Of a stretch of 61,227 nucleotides of DNA, positions 34,159 through 43,147 are shown one piece after another. The translations under genes were made by a program, and so were the position numbers. The first letter of the stretch is position 1. The number at the start of each line of letters is the position of its first letter. Origin of the DNA: an uncultured Candidatus Saccharibacteria bacterium (GTDB lineage: Bacteria; Patescibacteriota; Minisyncoccia; Phycocordibacterales; SBAW01); contig CAYZZC010000003.1 in assembly GCA_964482995.1 (NCBI GenBank), forward strand, positions 1 through 61,227, written 5' to 3'. The notes under the pieces were generated by a model. The model was given only the letters and a program-made list of their open reading frames with translations. It was not told the origin of the DNA and did not search any database.

Positions 34159-34668
34159 CTATACTGCGACCACACCATATTGTGCGAGAAGTAGCGCCGC
34201 CCCAACACCTGCAGCAATTGCAATGCCGCCGATAAACATCATGCGTAGTCCGCGCTTCATAAGCGAGCCTCCGGAGAGCGAGCCGGAGATAATACCAAGC
34301 ATGAAGAGCGCTAGAAGCGAGCAGCCTATCGAAACATAAAATGCGGTACTAACTTCAAACACCAGGTAGGGAAACAGTGGTACAAAACCTGCAAGGAAAT
34401 AAGAAAAGAACATTACTATACCGCCCAGTAGCGCACGAGAGCGCGGGACGTTGCCTTTATTTTTAAACTCTTCGGCAGATGCCTCAGAGAGGAAGCTCCC
34501 TGCCGCCATCGAAATCGCTTCAACTAAGATAAGCACACAACCAGTGAGAAGGATGACCTCCTTTGACACACCGCCAATTGCAATACCCGCAAGAAGCCCG
34601 ACCGTAGAGACAAGGCTGTCCTCAACGCCAAAAATAAAATTCCGTACGTTTGTGGCGGTAAGAAACAT
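34159..34668 (-). CDS. VIT1/CCC1 family membrane protein (short form)
   Basis: FGVEDSLVSTVGLLAGIA motif and TM-rich C-terminal part. 169 aa. Confidence 0.7.
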   Translation of the reverse strand: MFLTATNVRNFIFGVEDSLVSTVGLLAGIAIGGVSKEVILLTGCVLILVEAISMAAGSFLSEASAEEFKNKGNVPRSRALLGGIVMFFSYFLAGFVPLFPYLVFEVSTAFYVSIGCSLLALFMLGIISGSLSGGSLMKRGLRMMFIGGIAIAAGVGAALLLAQYGVVAV

Positions 34669-34673
34669 GGTTT

Positions 34674-35369
34674 TTATTGTAGTGTGACCGAGTTTATGAC
34701 CATTGGCTCCAGTGGGCGGTCTCCTGGAGCGGTGGGGGTGTTTTCTATCGCCTTCACCACCTCAAGGCCAGCTGTAACCTTGCCAAACACTGTGTGTTTG
34801 GTGTCTAGAAAATTGTTGTTTGCGGCGTTGATAAAGAACTGGCTACCGTTGGTGTTGGGGCCGGAGTTTGCCATCGAGATAGTGCCTGCCATGTTGCGGT
34901 TGTTGGTATGGATCTCGTCGGCAAACTGGTAGCCAGGGCCACCTGTCCCCCAACGGGCCGACAGTGAGTCGTCTTTGGAGAGCGGGTCGCCACCTTGGAT
35001 CATAAAACTCTTGATCACCCGGTGGAACTTAGTGCCGTCGTAGAAGCCTGTGCCAGCGAGCTTAGTAAAGTTGGCAACCGTGTTTGGAGCGTCTGCGCCA
35101 AAAAACTCGATTACGATGTCGCCGAGGTTGGTGTGGAGTATTGCGTGCATATATTTTTTATTAATAGTAACCTGTCCTGCGTTTGCGGTAGGAGCCGTTT
35201 GTGGTGTGGGCGCTTCTGCGGCCGGTTGCGAAGGAATATTTTCAGTAGGAGGGTTGTTTGTAACAGCAGTGGGAGTGGTTGCCACACTTACACTGCTCAT
35301 GCTCAACACCCAATAGCCGCCAAAAAGTATCGCCGCGGCCCCCACTGTGAGCCAAATAATTTTATCCAT
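34674..35369 (-). CDS. Cyclophilin-type peptidyl-prolyl isomerase, membrane-anchored
   Basis: FHRVIKSFMIQGGDP and GTISMANSGPNTNGSQFFI motifs, with an N-terminal TM. Confidence 0.9.
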   Translation of the reverse strand: MDKIIWLTVGAAAILFGGYWVLSMSSVSVATTPTAVTNNPPTENIPSQPAAEAPTPQTAPTANAGQVTINKKYMHAILHTNLGDIVIEFFGADAPNTVANFTKLAGTGFYDGTKFHRVIKSFMIQGGDPLSKDDSLSARWGTGGPGYQFADEIHTNNRNMAGTISMANSGPNTNGSQFFINAANNNFLDTKHTVFGKVTAGLEVVKAIENTPTAPGDRPLEPMVINSVTLQ

Positions 35370-35376
35370 AACGTAT

Positions 35377-35622
35377 TTATTTTAATCCGCACAGTTCTAA
35401 CTTTTGCTGCCTTGAGAGCTGCTTAACCCGATACTCCTCCTTGCTTGCCTCTGCCTGGTCGCCCGCCTCTTTGCTAAAAATCAGCTTCACTGGGCGGCGC
35501 GACTGCGTATACTTCGCCCCCAAGGGCGAAGTGTTATGCTCTACGACGCGTTTTTCGACATCAAGAGCGATCCCCGTGTAAAGCGTATTATCAGCACACC
35601 GCAGAATGTATACATGGAACAT
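35377..35622 (-). CDS. GIY-YIG domain protein (UPF0213-like)
   Basis: HVYILRCADNTLYTGIALDVEKRVVEHN. Confidence 0.8.
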   Translation of the reverse strand: MFHVYILRCADNTLYTGIALDVEKRVVEHNTSPLGAKYTQSRRPVKLIFSKEAGDQAEASKEEYRVKQLSRQQKLELCGLK

Positions 35623-35626
35623 ACCT

Positions 35627-36013
35627 CTAGTGTACCTCTTTTAATTTTTTACGCAGCATCCGGTGATGTGGCGTTGTTTGCTCAACCAGTGCCCAAAAAT
35701 CCTTCGAGTGGTTAAGGGCGCCAAGATGGCACAACTCGTGCACCACCAAATACTCTTGCAGCTCGGGCGGCAAAAACACTATTTTGTAATTAAAATTTAG
35801 GTTCCCTCGGCTTGAGCAGCTCCCCCAGCGGCTTTGGTGGTTCTTTATAAAAATTTTATTGAGCGTGTAGCCGTAGTGCGCGTTAAACTGCGCGATTTTA
35901 GCATGCACTAAAGCGCGAGCCGCCTCTTTATGGAGCGTGTATGCTTTTTTGCTCGCGGGAGACGCTTTTCGTACTCTACGCCGCCTATATACAACCCGGT
36001 AGCCGAACATCAT
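35627..36013 (-). CDS. YgjP/DUF45-like zinc metallopeptidase (short)
   Basis: WGSCSSRGNLNFNYKIVFLP and the HELCHL HExxH motif. Confidence 0.7.
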   Translation of the reverse strand: MMFGYRVVYRRRRVRKASPASKKAYTLHKEAARALVHAKIAQFNAHYGYTLNKIFIKNHQSRWGSCSSRGNLNFNYKIVFLPPELQEYLVVHELCHLGALNHSKDFWALVEQTTPHHRMLRKKLKEVH

Positions 36014-36120
36014 ACTATTTTACACGCATTAGCTATCAACACTGCTCTACATATCTTTTCAAAACGCCGTATACTTATAGCAAGTGCTTTAAGTACTCAT
36101 TATTTATTTTAATTTTTATT

Positions 36121-36351
36121 ATGGAAACAGGGAAAATACTTTTCATGACCGGGTTTTTGATACTCGGCGTATTGTTTGGCTCAACCGCCGGCTACAGCAT
36201 AGGCAAAGCCTCAGGGGTTGTTGAGGCCACTGCCAAACTTGGGGAAGAACAGCTTGCCAAGCAGATAGCCGCATCTGAGCAAACCGCAAGTGCTTACCAA
36301 GAGATTGAGACCGACCCGCTCGCGGGAGTTACCCTTAACCCGTTTGAGTAA
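36121..36351 (+). CDS. Hypothetical small membrane protein
   Basis: 76 aa. TM segment ILFMTGFLILGVLFGSTAGY. Start set at METGK. Confidence 0.45.
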   Translation: METGKILFMTGFLILGVLFGSTAGYSIGKASGVVEATAKLGEEQLAKQIAASEQTASAYQEIETDPLAGVTLNPFE

Positions 36352-36364
36352 TCTTTTTGCTTGT

Positions 36365-37735
36365 ATGAGTACACTTGCGTTTAAAAGATTTCTTGGCACA
36401 TCTCTCTTTTTAGGTGGAGCACTTTTTGGAGGTGTTGCATTTGCACAGACGACTCCCTCTACCCAACCCACTCCCCCAACAAAGCCCGAGATATCCTACC
36501 CTGTCGCCGAGCTCGGCGGCTGCAGCTCAAAAGAGGAGTGCCGGGCATATTGTGAGGGCACCACAAACCGCGATGCGTGCTACACCTTTGCACGAGCACG
36601 CGGCCTCATGACAGCAGCACAAGTGAGCGTCGCTCGTGCCGTGCTTGCTAAAAAGGGCCCCGGCGGCTGCACCAGCGCCGAAACCTGCCGCGCCTATTGT
36701 AGCGACACCGCACATACAGATGAGTGCGTCTCCTTTGCTCAAAAACATAATACGATTGCGACCTCGACCGCGCTCCTGATTAAAAAAATACGGGGCGACG
36801 GCGGCCCCGGCAGGTGCAAAAGCAACGAAGAGTGCCGCGCCTATTGCAGCGACCCTGGACACTTAACCGAGTGCAAACAATTTGCCGAAAACAGCGGCAT
36901 CATTAAAAAACCGCCAGCTCCACAGATCGTAAAGCTACTCTCGCAAAAGCCGGGCCCAGGTGGCTGCACCGATGCAGAGAGTTGCAAAACATATTGTAGC
37001 GATGCTTCGCATGGCGCCGAGTGTCGGCAGTTTGCACGCGAAAACGGCCTCATGACGCAGGAGCAATTTGCTGCGGCTGCAAAAATCGCAGACAAGGTAG
37101 GCCCCGGCGGCTGCACCGGCGAGACATGTAAGATGTATTGCCAAAACACGGCGCACCAAAAGGAGTGCTACGCCTTTGCGGTTAAAAACGGCCTAGTGAC
37201 ACAAGAAAAAGCAGATGAGCGGCAAAAACTCCAAGAGGTAATACAGAGAGGTGGCCCCGGCGGCTGCACAAGCGCCGAAACCTGCCGCGCCTATTGCAGC
37301 GACAGCACCCACCAAGACGAGTGCAAAGCCTTTGTAAAAACACATACTCCCCCAAAACCTGGTATGGAGGGCGGTGTGCCAAACAGCCCACGCCAAGGCA
37401 GCAGCACTATTCAGCTGCCGCCAAGGCAGAGCGGAGGCGCAGGGCTTCCGCCAAAGCCAACCACGAGCTCGACCCAAAACCTCCCATGCAACACGCTTGA
37501 GGCATGCAAGGTGCTGTGTATAAGCAACGCTAAAGCATGCGCTGCACTCCCGCCTGAGATGCGCCAAAAAATATTAAACGCAACCGCAGGTACTGCACCG
37601 AGTGCACAAACGCCTCCTCCGCCAAGCGGCACGCTCCCACCACCTCCACTAAAAACAATCCAACCAAGCCCAACCATAGAGCCAATGCTTGGAGCGTCAG
37701 TAATAACCGCAATCCTCAACTGGCTGGGAATTTAA
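36365..37735 (+). CDS. Secreted protein with ~7 tandem 4-Cys repeats and a C-terminal hydrophobic anchor
   Basis: Signal peptide MSTLAFKRFLGTSLFLGGALFGGVAFA. Repeats are of the form GPGGC-x5-C-x3-C-x8-C-x2-FA, followed by a Pro-rich tail. Confidence 0.7.
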   Translation: MSTLAFKRFLGTSLFLGGALFGGVAFAQTTPSTQPTPPTKPEISYPVAELGGCSSKEECRAYCEGTTNRDACYTFARARGLMTAAQVSVARAVLAKKGPGGCTSAETCRAYCSDTAHTDECVSFAQKHNTIATSTALLIKKIRGDGGPGRCKSNEECRAYCSDPGHLTECKQFAENSGIIKKPPAPQIVKLLSQKPGPGGCTDAESCKTYCSDASHGAECRQFARENGLMTQEQFAAAAKIADKVGPGGCTGETCKMYCQNTAHQKECYAFAVKNGLVTQEKADERQKLQEVIQRGGPGGCTSAETCRAYCSDSTHQDECKAFVKTHTPPKPGMEGGVPNSPRQGSSTIQLPPRQSGGAGLPPKPTTSSTQNLPCNTLEACKVLCISNAKACAALPPEMRQKILNATAGTAPSAQTPPPPSGTLPPPPLKTIQPSPTIEPMLGASVITAILNWLGI

Positions 37736-37820
37736 AACCCTAAAGTGTTAATCTCAACAGAACTGCATTTGGTTATCCTCCCCCGAAACTCTTCTATTTT
37801 TATATTTGTAATATATTAAG

Positions 37821-38636
37821 TCACTTGAGAATAAGTTCTAGTTGATCATCTTTCAACCTAAAGAACATCATAGAAGCTAGTCTGTAATTTTCGATCTGCA
37901 TTTTTTGCGCAGCTTCTAGGGTCATCTCTTCTGAAACAACCGGGACTAAAATCCTCCTTTTTATACCACAACGTACTAATTTACCGATGAAATTAGAAAT
38001 TAAGAATTTTAATGCGGGAAAACTTTTTTCGGTTATATATCTGATTTCGACTATTGCTCCCACTTTTCCATTGTTTTTCTTTATAATTCCATCAACAATA
38101 ATAGATTCTTCACCATTACTTATCCTCACATGTGGTTCATAACCTTTAATATGTTGTTCAAGATAGGATTGCACCAAATCTTCAACTCTTTTTACTTGAG
38201 CTATTCTCTCTTTAGCCTTTTCACTTAAAGTCTGTTTTGTTGGCTCTTCCAGTACTGGTATTATTTGAAGTTGTTCTTCTTTAGCATCTTGCCTTAACTT
38301 GTCGTCAACCTCCTTGGGCGAAGCCTTTTCAGTTTTAAAGGCGTTTATTATTTCTGCTACTTTATTTGGATCACTTCGATATATTGCTGCAACAAACTTC
38401 ATAAAATCTTCACTTGCAACAATTAAGCCACCAATCACTACTGCGATACTCATTGCCCATCCGTTGTTAGATATAAGAGCAGAAATCAATATTATTAAAC
38501 TTCCAAATATTTTTTGCCATTTTTTATCCTCATCATCTTCTTTAAATAAGATCCTAGTGAAAGCAGCGACCGCACATATAAGAAAAATTGTAGCAATAAT
38601 TTCTTTGGTAAATGGAATGATATCTGCGAAGATCAT
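37821..38636 (-). CDS. Hypothetical membrane-anchored protein with a C-terminal PD-(D/E)xK-like domain, in an AT-rich islet
   Basis: Three N-terminal TM segments, a charged linker, then VEDLVQSYLEQ...IIVDGII...AIVEIRY, a D...E-x-(K/R) pattern. The local composition is visibly AT-rich. Confidence 0.6.
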   Translation of the reverse strand: MIFADIIPFTKEIIATIFLICAVAAFTRILFKEDDEDKKWQKIFGSLIILISALISNNGWAMSIAVVIGGLIVASEDFMKFVAAIYRSDPNKVAEIINAFKTEKASPKEVDDKLRQDAKEEQLQIIPVLEEPTKQTLSEKAKERIAQVKRVEDLVQSYLEQHIKGYEPHVRISNGEESIIVDGIIKKNNGKVGAIVEIRYITEKSFPALKFLISNFIGKLVRCGIKRRILVPVVSEEMTLEAAQKMQIENYRLASMMFFRLKDDQLELILK

Positions 38637-38670
38637 AACGTCCTTACCTTATCAAATTTAGGGGATTTGG

Positions 38671-38889
38671 CTACCCGATCAAAATAATTTTGGAGGGTGA
38701 ACGGTGCCCACGGATTAGGCGGATTTTCCTTATAGATACGCCAAAATGTTGGGCAAGGAGCTCAAGGGTGCGGGCGTTGGCTGCACCACCTTCGGCTTTT
38801 GGTTTTACAGAGACCTTAAAGCGGTTTTTGGGGAGCGTCTCTATCCCCTCCTTCTTTACTCCCGCCACAACCCGCACGCTTATTTGCAT
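38671..38889 (-). CDS. DUF167 (YggU) family protein
   Basis: ISVRVVAGVKKEGIE...FKVSVKPKAEGGAANARTLELLAQHFGV...IRLIRGHRSPSK. Confidence 0.75.
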   Translation of the reverse strand: MQISVRVVAGVKKEGIETLPKNRFKVSVKPKAEGGAANARTLELLAQHFGVSIRKIRLIRGHRSPSKIILIG

Positions 38890-38993
38890 GAGGCAACAAT
38901 AGCACAACTCATTTGTGCTTTCTCCCCTGACTCAGTTATAGTTTAAGTGGAGTTTAAGCAGATTGAAATAGAAACAACTTAACAACGGGAGTA

Positions 38994-39575
38994 TTGGCGA
39001 TGACCAGACTTAACTCTCCGAGTAGTGCGGTAAAGCAAATTGCACACTCAATTGTTTTGAATGCTTTTTCTGGCAACGACCGCTGCTACGCTTTTGCTGT
39101 TGCGCTCCATCGCGGCCTTGGTTGGCCTCTGATTGCTTTGGAGTTTGAAAACAGCGGCGGCTGGCAGGTCGGAGTAAAGGCGCCAGACGAAACGTTTTGG
39201 GATGCGCGCGGCCAGGGGGCTAAGACAGACATGGGCGGGCCCTTCTCGTTGCGCTCTTCATACCGCCCGCGCATAATAGAGGAGAGTGTCCTCTCTGCAG
39301 TGCGGCCACTTGAGGAGCATGCCATTGCTGAGGCACGGCAACTTGCCGAGGTTATCTGGCCAGAGCTGCCGTGGAAAAATGGCACACACTCGTCCAAAAT
39401 CCTCGCGTTTATGGACGAGTTGGAGGAACTCTCTCGCAAGCATGGCGTGTGGATCAGACCCTCGTTCCCCGGTGCGCAGCCGTTTGTAGTACCAGGCAGC
39501 GGCAACGAGCAGGGGTACGAGGTGGCTTACACCAACAACGCTCAGTTCCTAATGCTCAAGCAAATTCTGCACTGA
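38994..39575 (+). CDS. Hypothetical protein (193 aa), no family recognised
   Basis: Long ORF followed by an intrinsic terminator. It shows coding-like composition. Confidence 0.55.
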   Translation: MAMTRLNSPSSAVKQIAHSIVLNAFSGNDRCYAFAVALHRGLGWPLIALEFENSGGWQVGVKAPDETFWDARGQGAKTDMGGPFSLRSSYRPRIIEESVLSAVRPLEEHAIAEARQLAEVIWPELPWKNGTHSSKILAFMDELEELSRKHGVWIRPSFPGAQPFVVPGSGNEQGYEVAYTNNAQFLMLKQILH

Positions 39576-39584
39576 ACAGCACGC

Positions 39585-39616
39585 AGGCCCGGGGTTTATC
39601 CCGGGCCTGATTTTTT
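39585..39616 (+). terminator. Intrinsic terminator between convergent genes
   Basis: AGGCCCGGG-gtttat-CCCGGGCCT followed by GATTTTTT. Confidence 0.75.
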
Positions 39617-39630
39617 ATTATCAACAACTT

Positions 39631-40527
39631 TTATCTCCCCAACACCAGCGAGCGGCGGATATTGTCAAACTCGTTTATAACACCAACTTTGTCGAACTCT
39701 TTTATCGTGCCTGGCGTATAGTTGCCTATATTGGTTGAGTGGATCAAGTAGCGCACCGCGGTGCAGGGACTTGAACCTTGGATAGCAAAGACCGCTTCAT
39801 CGTAGCGGTTGCCTGCAGCCGCGCCGGAGCTGGTAGCGACTGAGTACTCGACCCCGTTGTCAGTAAAGGCCGAGGTATTTTTAACATCAAGAAATAAATC
39901 TGCGCTGCAGGTAGCAGCCCCCGCCTTGCCGGCAGGCAGGTTCGGTTGCACCTCTACGCTTATATAAGTGTCTTGAGAGAGGTTGGTGCCGGTTGTCGCG
40001 CCTGGGGGGATGGTGAGCTTTACCCCAGCGATATCCTTACCTGGCCCAAATGCCCCGTATTTATATTTTTGGTCAGCAGTGTAATTTTGCGGGAAGCGGA
40101 TAGTAAACCCGAGCGCCGAGGAGGTGGCATAAATCTGCGTCAGCGTACCGCTCTGGTCTGGCGCGACCACGATGCATCCTGTGTAGGTTTGGTTTTGCTC
40201 TGGCCCCTCAGCTACAAAAGCGGTGTTGCCTTTGCCACCAAACACCAGCGATTGGTCGGCGCTTGCATAGCGGATACCCGAGGCAGAGTTTACCTGCGGG
40301 AGGTTCTGTGTGCGGCCATCGCTTAAGGTGAGTGCCACACTGCCCTGATAAAAGGTCGCGCCGACAGCCTTGCCAAGGTTGCACACAAACGCCGCGGTGG
40401 CTATTGGTTTTGCAGAAGCGTCTTGTGGCGTGGGCGCGGCTGTTTTACTGTCGGCAAAAATCCACCACCCCGCCAAAAGTACAAAAGCAAACGCACCCAG
40501 AACACCAACTGCGGTACTTGTTTTCAT
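39631..40527 (-). CDS. Secreted or membrane-anchored protein with an N-terminal MliC-like domain (tentative)
   Basis: N-terminal TM. AAFVCNLGKAVGATFYQGSVALTLSDGRTQNLPQVNSASGIRYAS...FGGKGNTAF resembles the MliC fold signature. Confidence 0.5.
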   Translation of the reverse strand: MKTSTAVGVLGAFAFVLLAGWWIFADSKTAAPTPQDASAKPIATAAFVCNLGKAVGATFYQGSVALTLSDGRTQNLPQVNSASGIRYASADQSLVFGGKGNTAFVAEGPEQNQTYTGCIVVAPDQSGTLTQIYATSSALGFTIRFPQNYTADQKYKYGAFGPGKDIAGVKLTIPPGATTGTNLSQDTYISVEVQPNLPAGKAGAATCSADLFLDVKNTSAFTDNGVEYSVATSSGAAAGNRYDEAVFAIQGSSPCTAVRYLIHSTNIGNYTPGTIKEFDKVGVINEFDNIRRSLVLGR

Positions 40528-40928
40528 ATATCTTGTGCGCGTTTTGGTATGTTCATGAGCGCGAGCGATAGCGTCATTGCGGCGATCGAGATGTCGCGGA
40601 AGAGTACCTGCATTTGTGGGAGGTTAAAGACAACTATGCCGATGAGCATGAGTGTTGCTGCACAAGCTGGCAAGAATATCTTCCATCCTGAAAGTATCCA
40701 GAGTGCTAGCGCGACCTCAATAACACCAAATCCGTGGAGGAGCACGACGTCGGAAACACCTACTGCTATAGCGGCCTGATACACGAACGCAGGAAAGTAT
40801 CCTACCCACGAGTCAGGGTCGCCGAGCGCATTATATGGTGGGTAGAGAAACGCAAAGGCTGCTCCAACACGCAATACAATATGTGCTATGCGTTCGGTTC
40901 TTATATTGCTTTGCATGTTACTCAACAA
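40524..40928 (-). CDS. Small polytopic membrane protein (DoxX-like, tentative)
   Basis: Four predicted TM segments. 134 aa. Confidence 0.5.
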   Translation of the reverse strand: MLSNMQSNIRTERIAHIVLRVGAAFAFLYPPYNALGDPDSWVGYFPAFVYQAAIAVGVSDVVLLHGFGVIEVALALWILSGWKIFLPACAATLMLIGIVVFNLPQMQVLFRDISIAAMTLSLALMNIPKRAQDI

Positions 40929-41421
40929 CTACAACAGTACCGAATTGACCATTAACAAGGTGGTTATGATAGTTAAACGAGCCAACTTTGTCGAAGGTAA
41001 ACATGTAGGTGGCACCGCTCTTACATTGGTCAAACGGGGCCACCGCACCAGCTGCGCAGTGTTGCTCTAGTGTAGTGCCACCGTACATCGTGTGCGCTGG
41101 GTGACTTGCCGAAGCAACCCACATCTTGCCCGTGTCTTCGTTTATAAAAGTAATCGTGCCGCCCTTTCTAATCGTAACTGACTTCGGAGAAAAGCCGTCT
41201 GCAGTGAGCGTTACTGTTGCGTTTAGAGGAACGCCCGTATCAACGTTAACAATGGTTTCTTCTACACCTGAGGTGCCGGGGACAGGCATGCTGCTTCCTA
41301 CAACTTCCTCTCCAGACTGGGTTGGGCTTCCTGTGTAATAGGTTGTGTATGCATACCAGCCGCCAAACACCACTAATACTGCGAGGACAATAACAACAAG
41401 ATTTGAGTTTTTCATAAACAT
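40918..41421 (-). CDS. Membrane-anchored cupredoxin-like domain protein
   Basis: N-terminal TM, then FSPKSVTIRKGGTITFINEDTGKMWVASASHPAH...FNYHNHL...GTVVV. Start set at MFMKNSN. Confidence 0.6.
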   Translation of the reverse strand: MFMKNSNLVVIVLAVLVVFGGWYAYTTYYTGSPTQSGEEVVGSSMPVPGTSGVEETIVNVDTGVPLNATVTLTADGFSPKSVTIRKGGTITFINEDTGKMWVASASHPAHTMYGGTTLEQHCAAGAVAPFDQCKSGATYMFTFDKVGSFNYHNHLVNGQFGTVVVVE

Positions 41422-41452
41422 ACTATAGCGTGCCGGTTCTTGTTCAACAAGT

Positions 41453-42610
41453 TTATTTAAACAGGGCCCAGATCTGCTGGTCTTCCCCGCCGTCAAACTT
41501 AAAAACAGCTACGCCGCGGATCCCCAGTTTTTTAGCAATCGCTATTTTTTGAGCAACTGAAATATGGTCGCCCCACCACATAACATTAAACGGCTGACGT
41601 GTTGCTATCGCCGGGCCGGCTGCGGCGGCGGCAGTGGGGATACCAAGCGTGGTGGGCACATTGGCAACCACCTCTGGAATATAAGAAAAAGAAAGTTCTC
41701 CTGCGATATTGCGCGTAGGTGTAAGAGAGCGCGAAGCGGCAAACTCATAGGCATAGCGTGGATTAAACGCCCACAATAGTTTGTAAGCGTAGCCTTTTTC
41801 TAACTGTGGCTCGACCGACCACTCATAGCCATAGGTTGGGATACCCAGCACCAGTTTTTTCTTGGAGATTGTTTGTGCGGCAAGTGTTATCACCTTTTCT
41901 ACCCACAAAGGGTCTGAGACTGGTGCATAGGGTGCATCAGCCGCCATACTTAGCTTGCGGTCGACTTGCCCTTGGTCGTAGGTCATGATCTGCACGCGGT
42001 CGCAATATTTGTTGATTGCGACATAGTCGTTGGCATACACCCCCGCGTCTTTTGGCGCGTTACCGTTTGGGTAGCGCGAAGAGATCGGTGTGCGCGACTC
42101 GATCGTGCAATATAACCACTTGTTACCCAGCCGTTGATAGAGCCCTTTTAAAAAAAGAGAGAAGTATGGTTTTGTCTCGACTAATTTTGCTTCAAAATCG
42201 ATATCAATACCATCAAAGTTATGTATCTTAACGAGTGCTGCAATATCGTCCTCGAGTTTAATGCGCGAAGCAGTGTTGCTCAAGATTTTGTGGAGAAGCG
42301 TGCCGCTCCCCGACATCACGGTGGGGATCACGCGGACTTTTTTTGCCTTTGCTTGCGCCACAAAGCTCGTCCACGGCTCGTCGTTGATACTCATCGCGTC
42401 GTACACTACTCCCTCCTCAGTGAGCGTGTAGCCAAAGGGGTGCACGGTCGTTAGGTAATCTAGATTAGGAAGCACGTCGGCTGTGCCGGTTGCGGTGCGC
42501 CAGTATGGTATCCAGCCAGATATCTCAAGTGTGTTTTTAAGCGGCGCCGCAGACGCAAAAGAGGGCAATAAAATGCCCGCCAACATAAAAAAGAGGATGC
42601 TTGTTTTCAT
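41453..42610 (-). CDS. Glycoside hydrolase family 18 protein (chitinase / peptidoglycan hydrolase-like), secreted
   Basis: Signal peptide and the GH18 catalytic motif FDGIDIDFE. Confidence 0.8.
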   Translation of the reverse strand: MKTSILFFMLAGILLPSFASAAPLKNTLEISGWIPYWRTATGTADVLPNLDYLTTVHPFGYTLTEEGVVYDAMSINDEPWTSFVAQAKAKKVRVIPTVMSGSGTLLHKILSNTASRIKLEDDIAALVKIHNFDGIDIDFEAKLVETKPYFSLFLKGLYQRLGNKWLYCTIESRTPISSRYPNGNAPKDAGVYANDYVAINKYCDRVQIMTYDQGQVDRKLSMAADAPYAPVSDPLWVEKVITLAAQTISKKKLVLGIPTYGYEWSVEPQLEKGYAYKLLWAFNPRYAYEFAASRSLTPTRNIAGELSFSYIPEVVANVPTTLGIPTAAAAAGPAIATRQPFNVMWWGDHISVAQKIAIAKKLGIRGVAVFKFDGGEDQQIWALFK

Positions 42611-42664
42611 ACTCTTAAGTATACAAGACGTCCACTAAGGCTACTTGTTACTCAGGCTATAGCA

Positions 42665-43132
42665 CTATTGCTGCTTAACGATCGGCGAGAAGTTGCTACC
42701 ACGAGTTGCGCCGCTTTCGATATTTCCTTTTTTGAGTAGGAGCTGCTCGTTTTCTCTAAAGATACCGATCTCGGCTCCCCTATCCTTTGCGTCGCTGTCT
42801 ATAGAAAGGCACACCACTCCTGAAAGCTCCCCCTCAAGCAATGCCTGCGTCTTGCCGTCGATAATAGTGCAGATGCCGGCATATATCCCGAGCGGCATGC
42901 TCACGTCAGTAACTTTGAGGTTAATGGTGGTGCGCGGCCCGGGGAAAAGAGGGTCCGGCTGTGTAGGAACAAGCGCCCACTGAAACTGCTCGCGGAGTGT
43001 CTGGTCGATAATCGCTTGCGACCTCACCGAGTTATATCCAAACCAGGATATCAGCACTATCGCCACCAATAAAATTATAGTAGCTGAAAGGCCGTATCCC
43101 TTTCCTGGAAACAAAGATTGCTCTTTTGACAT
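42665..43132 (-). CDS. Hypothetical membrane-anchored protein
   Basis: 155 aa with one N-terminal TM. No family recognised. Confidence 0.5.
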   Translation of the reverse strand: MSKEQSLFPGKGYGLSATIILLVAIVLISWFGYNSVRSQAIIDQTLREQFQWALVPTQPDPLFPGPRTTINLKVTDVSMPLGIYAGICTIIDGKTQALLEGELSGVVCLSIDSDAKDRGAEIGIFRENEQLLLKKGNIESGATRGSNFSPIVKQQ

Positions 43133-43147
43133 ATGTTTAAGTATACA

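Noticed and set aside
35377-36013. GIY-YIG plus DUF45 metallopeptidase pair as a toxin-antitoxin or defence module
   Set aside because: Both are common stand-alone housekeeping-type families. There is no compositional anomaly and no third component, and I see nothing in the sequence to support a system.
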